Positions 57,764 to 64,000 of a DNA stretch of 64,000 nucleotides are shown one piece after another. The stretch's first letter is position 1. Each line of letters starts with the position of its first letter. The notes under the pieces are model-generated. The model searched no databases, was not told the origin of the DNA, and saw only the letters and a program-made list of their open reading frames with translations. The translations under genes were made by a program, and so were the position numbers. Source of the stretch: Rhodobiaceae bacterium (GTDB lineage: Bacteria > Pseudomonadota > Alphaproteobacteria > Rhizobiales > G965224185); the NCBI GenBank assembly GCA_965224185.1, contig OZ245042.1:804134-868133 (forward strand), written 5' to 3'.

Positions 57764-58542
57764 GGGCGCAGATCCCGACCGCCATACAGGAGGCCCGGCA
57801 ATTCGGCCAGACTGTCGATGACGGCGTCAGCATGGGGGTCCAGCCGGTCGATCCCGAGAGTACCGGTGGTGACGGCAATTGCCCGGGCGCCTGCGGCTTT
57901 CGCGGCATGCATATCGTGCAGGGAATCGCCGACCAGCGCGACCTGTTGCGGCACCACGCCGCAATGGTCGGCGAAAGCGTGGATCTGGCCCGGACCGGGT
58001 TTTTGGCCGAACCCGGAATCGTAACCGGCGACAAAAGAAAAGCAATCGTCCACCGACATGGCCGCAATCTGCTTGCGGGCGGAGGATTCGGTGCCGTTGG
58101 TGGCAATGCCCATGGGCAGGCCGCACCCGGCGAGATGCCGCAGCGTGGCGATGACGCCCGGAAACGGTGTCACCGACAAGGCGCAGCCTTCCAACAGCAA
58201 GGCATCGACCTCACCGGTGAAGGCATCGTCGAAGGGGCGACCCAGGATGTCGGCCCATTGCGGCCCGTAATCGGCGAGGGATCCGGTCAGGACCACCGAA
58301 TCGGCCGCATAGGTCCGGGTTTGCAGGTCGAAGCCGGCAATCGCGGCGACCATTTGGACCCGCTCGGGATCATTGTCGCACATGCGCCGGATGACGTGAT
58401 CGCCGCAAGCGCCCCAAGTGGGATTGAAGTCGATCAGCGTGCCATCGCGATCAAACAAAATGGCCCGGATCACATCACCTTCCCCCTTTACTTCCCGGAC
58501 GGTTCCCGGCCATATCTGAAAATGGTTATTCATCCGGCGCAT
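57760..58542 (-). CDS. HAD-superfamily hydrolase, tandem paralog
   Basis: Motif I ILFDRDGTLIDF. Its stop overlaps the start of the downstream paralog. Confidence 0.75.
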   Translation of the reverse strand: MRRMNNHFQIWPGTVREVKGEGDVIRAILFDRDGTLIDFNPTWGACGDHVIRRMCDNDPERVQMVAAIAGFDLQTRTYAADSVVLTGSLADYGPQWADILGRPFDDAFTGEVDALLLEGCALSVTPFPGVIATLRHLAGCGLPMGIATNGTESSARKQIAAMSVDDCFSFVAGYDSGFGQKPGPGQIHAFADHCGVVPQQVALVGDSLHDMHAAKAAGARAIAVTTGTLGIDRLDPHADAVIDSLAELPGLLYGGRDLRP

Positions 58543-58556
58543 CGCAGGAGTTCCAA

Positions 58557-59939
58557 ATGCCCCTCACCAATCAGCAAGTCCGGGATATTGAGTCCGTATT
58601 GCATCCCTATACACCGCTGCACAAGCTGCGCGAAACCGGCACGTTGGTGCTTGAAGACGGCAAGGGTGTATTCGTCTATGACAGCCAGGGCAATGAATAT
58701 ATCGAGGGTCTTTCCGGTTTGTGGTGCGCCGGCCTCGGATTTGGCGATGAGGAACTGATCGAGGCGGCGACCGAGCAGTTACACAAACTACCCTATTACC
58801 ATTTGTTCGGCGCCAAGAGCACGGAGCCGGCAATCGCACTTGCCGAAAAGCTGAAAGAGATCGCGCCGGCGCCGATCGGACGGGTGTTCTTCGCGTGCTC
58901 CGGTTCGGAGGCCAACGATACCCAGGTCAAGCTTGCCTGGTACTACAACAATGCGCTCGGCCGGCCGAAGAAGAAGAAGATCATCAGCCGGATGAAGGCC
59001 TATCACGGCGTGACCATCGTCTCCGCGTCGCTGACCGGCTTGCCGCCCAACCACCGGGAGTTCGACCTGCCGGTCGACGGTGTATTGCATACCGACTGCC
59101 CGCATCATTACCGCTTCGCCGAGGACGGCGAGACGGAACAGGAATTCGTCACCCGGCTGGCCGACAATTTGAGGACGCTGATCGAGCGTGAGGATCCGGA
59201 CACCATTGCGGCGATGATCGCCGAACCGGTGATGGGCGCCGGCGGCGTACTGATCCCGCCGGCCGGTTATTTCGAGGCGATCCAGCCGATCCTTAAAGAA
59301 CACGATATTCTGCTGATTGACGACGAGGTGATCTGCGGCTTCGGGCGCACCGGCAATATGTGGGGCGCGCAATCATTGGGCATGGAACCGGACACGGTGT
59401 CGTGCGCCAAGCAGTTGACGGCGGCCTATGCGCCTTTATCGGCGGTGATGGTGCCGCAATACATGATGGACGCGTTCGAGGCCAATGCGGCAAAAGTCGG
59501 GACATTCGGCCACGGCTTCACCTATGGCGGCCATCCACTGGGAACGGCTGTCGGGGTCAAGGCGCTGGAGATTTACGAAAAACGCGACATTGTCGGCAAG
59601 GTGCGGGCGCTGACGCCGCTCTTCGCGGAGCGAATGGCACGGATCGGAGACCATCCGTTGGTCGGGGAAGCGCGCTGTATCGGTCTTGTCGGCGGGGTCG
59701 AACTGGTTGCGAACAAGGCAACAAAGCAGCCCTTCGATCCGGGCCGGACGGTGGGCCTGACCTGTTCCGGCTTTGCCGAGAAACACGGCCTGATTTCCCG
59801 CGCTATCGGTGACACGATCGCCGTCTGCCCGCCGATGATCATATCGGAAAGCGAGCTCAACGCGTTGTTCGACCGACTTGAAAAGGCGCTCGACGACACG
59901 GAGGCCTGGGTGGCGAAGAACGATATGCGGGCGGCCTGA
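58557..59939 (+). CDS. Class III (omega) aminotransferase
   Basis: 460 aa. ...LIDDEVICGFGRTGNMWG... PLP-lysine region and an N-terminal YHLFGAKSTEPAIALAEKL pattern. Confidence 0.8.
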   Translation: MPLTNQQVRDIESVLHPYTPLHKLRETGTLVLEDGKGVFVYDSQGNEYIEGLSGLWCAGLGFGDEELIEAATEQLHKLPYYHLFGAKSTEPAIALAEKLKEIAPAPIGRVFFACSGSEANDTQVKLAWYYNNALGRPKKKKIISRMKAYHGVTIVSASLTGLPPNHREFDLPVDGVLHTDCPHHYRFAEDGETEQEFVTRLADNLRTLIEREDPDTIAAMIAEPVMGAGGVLIPPAGYFEAIQPILKEHDILLIDDEVICGFGRTGNMWGAQSLGMEPDTVSCAKQLTAAYAPLSAVMVPQYMMDAFEANAAKVGTFGHGFTYGGHPLGTAVGVKALEIYEKRDIVGKVRALTPLFAERMARIGDHPLVGEARCIGLVGGVELVANKATKQPFDPGRTVGLTCSGFAEKHGLISRAIGDTIAVCPPMIISESELNALFDRLEKALDDTEAWVAKNDMRAA

Positions 59940-60501
59940 GGGAACTTTCAGCGACCCTTTGAACCTTTCTCGATCCTGCGATCACTCATGCGTAAGAATG
60001 CCGGCGACCAGGGGTCGCACCCTTATCACCGGTTTTTCACAATGAAACAGTCGGCCACCACAATCCGGCCTCAATCGCGCACCAACTGGGCGTTTGGTCA
60101 CGACAACCGGCCTCACGAATGATCACAGGCCGTTATTGAATGTGATTATGGTTAATGATTATCGGCAATACGCCGATAACCGAATTGGATTAGGATTTGT
60201 GTGGTTGTGTCATGAAACTGGCACATTCCCTGCATGGTGGCGATCAATGAGACGCTTGATCGGAGTAGGTCGGATGAGTGATGAAAAATCGACCAAAACA
60301 GACGTGAAACCGGAAACGGAAAAGCCGGATCTGGACAGCCTTTACAAACCCGTAGGCATCCAGGCCATAACTGCCGCCGCTATTTGCAAGGGTACCGGCA
60401 TTAAGAAAACGAAGCCGGCGTCCTGACGCCGACCGGTTGTTTTCGCGGCTTGCAATCACACCGATGGCGCGTCGGGAGCGTCCGACCGCCCGTGGGTTGT
60501 A

Positions 60502-61137
60502 TCAGATGACGTCGGCGACGAGCCGTGCGGCGATCCCCCACATGACGATACCGATCAAGACATCGAGCACCCGCCAGGCGATCGGCTTGCGAAACAGCGG
60601 CGCCAGCAGGCGCGCCCCATAGCCCAATCCGTAGAACCAGACGACGGATGCCAGCGAGGCTCCGACAGCAAAGAAAACGCGGCTTTCCGTTGGATAGCGG
60701 CCGGAAATGCTGCCGAGCAGGACGATTGTGTCGAGATAGACATGCGGGTTCGCCCAGGTGAATAACAGGCTGGTGGCGATCACCGTCCATAAAGCCAGGC
60801 CGGCGCCGTCCTCCGCCGCCTTCAACACCTCCGGTTTCAATGCCCGATAGAACGAAATCAGGCCGTAGAGGAACAGGAATATGGCGCCGCCGACCGCGGC
60901 GACGGTCAGCAGCACCGGAGACGAACTGACCAAAGTGCCGACACCGGCAACCCCGAGCACGATCAAGATCATGTCCGATACCGCGCAGATGGTGGCAACG
61001 ACGAAGACGTGCTCGCGCAACAGGCCGAGCCGCAGCACATAGGCGTTCTGCGCGCCAATGGCGATGATCAGGCTGGCGCCGAGCAGGAAGCCGGAGGCAA
61101 AGGCGGAAAGATTTGCCGGGTCGGATATTTCGGTCAT
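60502..61137 (-). CDS. LysE/ArgO-family amino-acid exporter
   Basis: FASGFLLGASLIIAIGAQNAYVLRLGL N-terminal signature. Six TM helices. Confidence 0.75.
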   Translation of the reverse strand: MTEISDPANLSAFASGFLLGASLIIAIGAQNAYVLRLGLLREHVFVVATICAVSDMILIVLGVAGVGTLVSSSPVLLTVAAVGGAIFLFLYGLISFYRALKPEVLKAAEDGAGLALWTVIATSLLFTWANPHVYLDTIVLLGSISGRYPTESRVFFAVGASLASVVWFYGLGYGARLLAPLFRKPIAWRVLDVLIGIVMWGIAARLVADVI

Positions 61138-61163
61138 GCCAAGCGCATTAGGAACATGCCGGA

Positions 61164-62240
61164 TTACGGCATGCAGTCGGCCGAGGGCGGCCTTAATTTG
61201 GTCTTCGATAGATAAGCGAGGCGGCCATCCACGAGGACGAAGGCAACGACGAACGGATCTATGCCGGCGTCAAACAAAACCGCCATATCCGAGCCGATCT
61301 TGGAGGGTAACCCAACTCTGTGAAACTCTTCAATTTGATTGCCGACTTTTAAGAATCGCAACTCCCACCGGCCTTGATCGGGAACGATGATCTCCGCTCG
61401 CCCGTCGCCGTCCACATCTCCGATCGCGGATACTGCCAGATCCCTGGAACCAATCCAGTGATTGGAATAGCCGGACTTCGACCGGGTGCGCTTCAGCTTG
61501 CCATCGCGAAAGCTCCAGATTTCCAGGATGCCGCCGATATGCGGCGTGCGCACGATTGCAATATCCACCGCGCCGTCGCCATCGAAATCCGCGATACCGA
61601 CCGGATTGAGCCATCGATAGCCTTGGCCGATTGGCTCGGAAGCGGCGAGCCTTTGGAGCGTGCCGTCGCGCAGGCCGAAGACGACAATACGGGCCCCGTT
61701 ATGGGGATCAGACTGGACCACGACCGCTTCATCGCCCGGACGGCCATCAATATCGGCAAGGCGGGGATAGCGATCTTCGAAGACGGCCTCACCAGATAGG
61801 GTGTAGGCATGGACTTTGCCAGCGCCATCGATGGCGCGGAGGCCCGCGGCCTCGACATCATCGCCAATCACGCCGTGGCGATAACGCCGTGTCGGCTCGG
61901 CAAGCCAGGCCGTTCTTATCCCGCCTGTATGGCTCGACCGGACCACCTCGCCATCGGTCAGTTTGTCATTCGCGAATGGTTGGTCCGCGATGGGATTGGA
62001 TGATGGCGCCAGGCACAATCCACTCCCCGACAGCGTGACACGAAACCATTTCGGCCCCGATCGAACGAAAACAGCCGATGACCTGCGGTCCTCCGTGTCC
62101 GTATACGTCCGATTCTGCGAGTGGAGCTCCTCAAACGACAATTCGCTGGTCGCGATGCCAAGTCGCCAATCATTGGCACTTGCTCCATAAGGCAGCGCCA
62201 ATGCCGCCGCCAACCCGATCACCCGGAGCGCGGTCGTCAT
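61164..62240 (-). CDS. Secreted FG-GAP/VCBS-repeat protein
   Basis: Signal peptide and repeated [11 protein letters not shown] / [12 protein letters not shown] calcium-binding FG-GAP motifs. Confidence 0.65.
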   Translation of the reverse strand: MTTALRVIGLAAALALPYGASANDWRLGIATSELSFEELHSQNRTYTDTEDRRSSAVFVRSGPKWFRVTLSGSGLCLAPSSNPIADQPFANDKLTDGEVVRSSHTGGIRTAWLAEPTRRYRHGVIGDDVEAAGLRAIDGAGKVHAYTLSGEAVFEDRYPRLADIDGRPGDEAVVVQSDPHNGARIVVFGLRDGTLQRLAASEPIGQGYRWLNPVGIADFDGDGAVDIAIVRTPHIGGILEIWSFRDGKLKRTRSKSGYSNHWIGSRDLAVSAIGDVDGDGRAEIIVPDQGRWELRFLKVGNQIEEFHRVGLPSKIGSDMAVLFDAGIDPFVVAFVLVDGRLAYLSKTKLRPPSADCMP

Positions 62241-62857
62241 GGATAAAGCCGTTCCTTGGCCCAGCCGTCAGCTTCTGAATCGCGGTAGAACCGGATGCGG
62301 TCGTGCAGCCGGAAAGCGCCATCCTTCCAGAATTCGATGGAAATCGGACGGATACGAAATCCCGACCAGTAGTCCGGCCGCGGGATCTCGCCGACCGGAT
62401 ATTTGGCCGTGTAGCGGGCGACCTCCTTTTCCAGGGCGAACTTGCTTTCCAGGGGGCGCGACTGTTTGGAGGCCCAGGCGCCGAGCCGGCTGCCGCGCGG
62501 GCGCGACCGGTAATAGGCATCCGCCTCCGCGTCGCTGACGATTTCCACCGGCCCGCGCACCCGCACCTGGCGGCGCAGGCTCTTCCAATGGAAGCCCATG
62601 GCCGCCTGGCGGTTGGCGAGCAGTTCGCGGCCCTTGTCGCTTTCGAAATTGGTGTAGAACACGAAGCCGTTCTCGTCGTGTCTCTTCAACAGCACCATGC
62701 GCACATTCGGCAGGCCGTCGGCATTGGCGGTGGCCAGCGAAAAGGCGGTCGGATCGTTGATCTCCGACTGCTCGGCCTCGGCCAGCCATTCGCGGAACAG
62801 GGCCAGCGGCTCCTCGGCGAGCGTGAAGTCTGTTTGCGTTAACTCAATCTTTGGCAT
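62237..62857 (-). CDS. pdxH: Pyridoxamine 5'-phosphate oxidase
   Basis: PNVRMVLLK...GFVFYTN...GFHW...RQVRV...PDYWSGFRI...EFW are PdxH signatures. ATG at 62857; the ORF extends to a TTG at 62923. Confidence 0.85.
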   Translation of the reverse strand: MPKIELTQTDFTLAEEPLALFREWLAEAEQSEINDPTAFSLATANADGLPNVRMVLLKRHDENGFVFYTNFESDKGRELLANRQAAMGFHWKSLRRQVRVRGPVEIVSDAEADAYYRSRPRGSRLGAWASKQSRPLESKFALEKEVARYTAKYPVGEIPRPDYWSGFRIRPISIEFWKDGAFRLHDRIRFYRDSEADGWAKERLYP

Positions 62858-62917
62858 ATCGGCGGATTCTGGTTGCGGGTCCACATTGATATCGCATTGC
62901 AACACTATATCGGATTT

Positions 62918-63355
62918 GTGCAAGAATTAGTTCGACATATCAGTATTGCATTCGTCTTTGTTTCGGCAATCGCGCTTGGCGGCTGCGGCGTATCCATGCC
63001 GCTTGACGACTTGGCGAGCGCGGGCGGATTCCTGGGCGGATCATCGACCGTTGCCGACGGAGAAGACACCATCGAACCGTCGGATTGGAAGATGGTGCGC
63101 GACGTGGTTGCCGCTAGCCCGGCGCAAGAAGGCGCCGACGCAGTCGACTGGGCCAATCCGGCCACCGGCACCACAGGCACCATTCAGCCGCTATCTTACG
63201 TCCAGCCTCGGGACGGCCAGCCCTGCCGCACTTTCGAAGCGACCATGACCAAATTCGACGGGGTGCGCAAATATCGCGGCGAGGCCTGCCGGTTGGCGAA
63301 CGGTCAATGGGCGCTTTTTGAGATCCGCGCCCTCGACAAGGAACTCGACGAGTAA
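62918..63355 (+). CDS. Putative lipoprotein
   Basis: Lipobox-like AIALGGCG after a hydrophobic segment. A GTG start is inferred because the ATG at 62873 overlaps the divergent pdxH start. Confidence 0.4.
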   Translation: MQELVRHISIAFVFVSAIALGGCGVSMPLDDLASAGGFLGGSSTVADGEDTIEPSDWKMVRDVVAASPAQEGADAVDWANPATGTTGTIQPLSYVQPRDGQPCRTFEATMTKFDGVRKYRGEACRLANGQWALFEIRALDKELDE

Positions 63356-63403
63356 TATTGCAGCGTGCTGCGAAAAAGGCGGATTCACAAATCAATTTAC
63401 GCA

Positions 63404-63487
63404 GTCATTCCCGCGAAAGCGGGAATCCAGGGTTGTTGACGAATGCTTCGGTTTTAGGCCCTGGATTCCCGCTTTCGCGGGAATGAC
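63404..63487. repeat. REP family 1 doublet
   Basis: gtcattcccgcgaaagcgggaatccagggtt...ggccctggattcccgctttcgcgggaatgac. Confidence 0.8.
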
Positions 63488-63660
63488 TGTCTCATATGTC
63501 ATACCAAATCCGTTTTGACGCAACGCGCAATAGGTCACGCCGGGCGATTGCACGACCCCCTATTTATGGGCTGGCAATTATCAACACGGTTGGCATTATT
63601 TTCCTGCAGTTCCCATATTGGTTGAGAATTCGGCGTATCTTGCTACGCTCCTCACCAAAA

Positions 63661-64000
63661 TGATGGCATCCATGCGTAACCCATACGACATTCTCGGCGT
63701 CGCCAAATCGGCCAGCGAAGCGGACATCAAAAAGGCGTTTCGGCGGCTCGCGAAGACGCATCATCCGGATCAAAATGCCGGCGACCCGAAGGCGCAGGAA
63801 CGCTTCGCCGAGGTCAACTCGGCCTATGAAATCCTTGGCGATGCCGACAAGCGCCGCAAATTTGATCGCGGCGAGATCGATGCGGAAGGCAAGCCGCGCT
63901 ATCAGGACTTCGAGGGTTTCGGCGATATGGGCGGCTTTCGCCGCCGCCAGGGCGCCCATCCCGGGGCCGGGGGTTTCGGCTTTTCCACCGGCGGCTCGGG
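63661..64000 (+). CDS. DnaJ (J-domain) protein, 3' end outside the window
   Basis: YDILGVAKSASEADIKKAFRRLAKTHHPDQN contains the HPD motif, followed by a G/F-rich region. Confidence 0.8.

Overview
This window looks like a high-GC (about 63 to 65 %) alphaproteobacterial chromosome segment, Rhodospirillales-like, with accessory character. Gene identities are inferred from the supplied translations by motif recognition; no searches were run.

Genes I can support:
- LuxR/FixJ-type response regulator.
- Divergent tRNA-Gln(UUG) and tRNA-Pro(CGG) pair, with a three-gene MotA/ExbB-like membrane operon beside it.
- Tightly coupled RHH-like regulator, PspA, YqiJ/NfeD-like protein and flotillin (YqiK-like) operon.
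- Second, giant 910-aa flotillin paralog with an expanded coiled coil.
- GGDEF diguanylate cyclase and an Amidohydro_3 hydrolase.
- Hydantoin/dihydropyrimidine cluster: dihydropyrimidinase, HyuA and HyuB.
- PotABCD-like ABC transporter split across both strands by a cytochrome P450 and a SAM-dependent methyltransferase.
- Lytic transglycosylase.
- Sulfotransferase, COG0523 (CobW-like) GTPase, PuuE-like deacetylase and isochorismatase-like hydrolase.
- HMG-CoA lyase-like protein and a family III CoA transferase.
- GSCFA protein and an IlvD/EDD dehydratase.
- GAF/PAS sensor histidine kinase.
- Acyl-CoA synthetase and an MBL-fold hydrolase.
- Two tandem HAD hydrolases and a class III aminotransferase.
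- LysE exporter, an FG-GAP repeat protein, PdxH and a partial DnaJ-domain gene.

Mobile and repeat content is heavy:
- An IS110-family element sits directly against a REP doublet.
- An IS5-family element with a TATA(TA) duplication interrupts one copy of a duplicated module.
- A truncated IS3 orfAB remnant lies next to a low-GC sulfotransferase gene.
- A 227-bp MITE-like insertion carries 8-bp direct repeats.
- Two REP families are present: 'gtcattcccgcgaaagcgggaatcc' doublets at six loci plus two single copies, and 'gcgtcatcccgtgcgc...gcgcacgggatgacgc' at three loci.
- A 4 x 39-bp tandem array is bracketed by G/C palindromes.
- A low-GC islet carries an RNI-like leucine-rich-repeat protein.

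Most unusual is an about 800-bp module present twice (from 9929 and from 16370). Each copy has a strongly structured leader of about 290 nt that ends in a terminator-like hairpin immediately before a conserved single-TM ORF of about 104 codons, which looks like a riboswitch or attenuator. Copy 2 is hit by both the IS5 and the IS110 elements.

Also notable: the HyuB homolog carries an about 180-aa N-terminal extension that is homologous to a stand-alone ORF 8 kb away. Both share a motif faintly reminiscent of Rad52/Mgm101 annealing proteins, but this is speculative.
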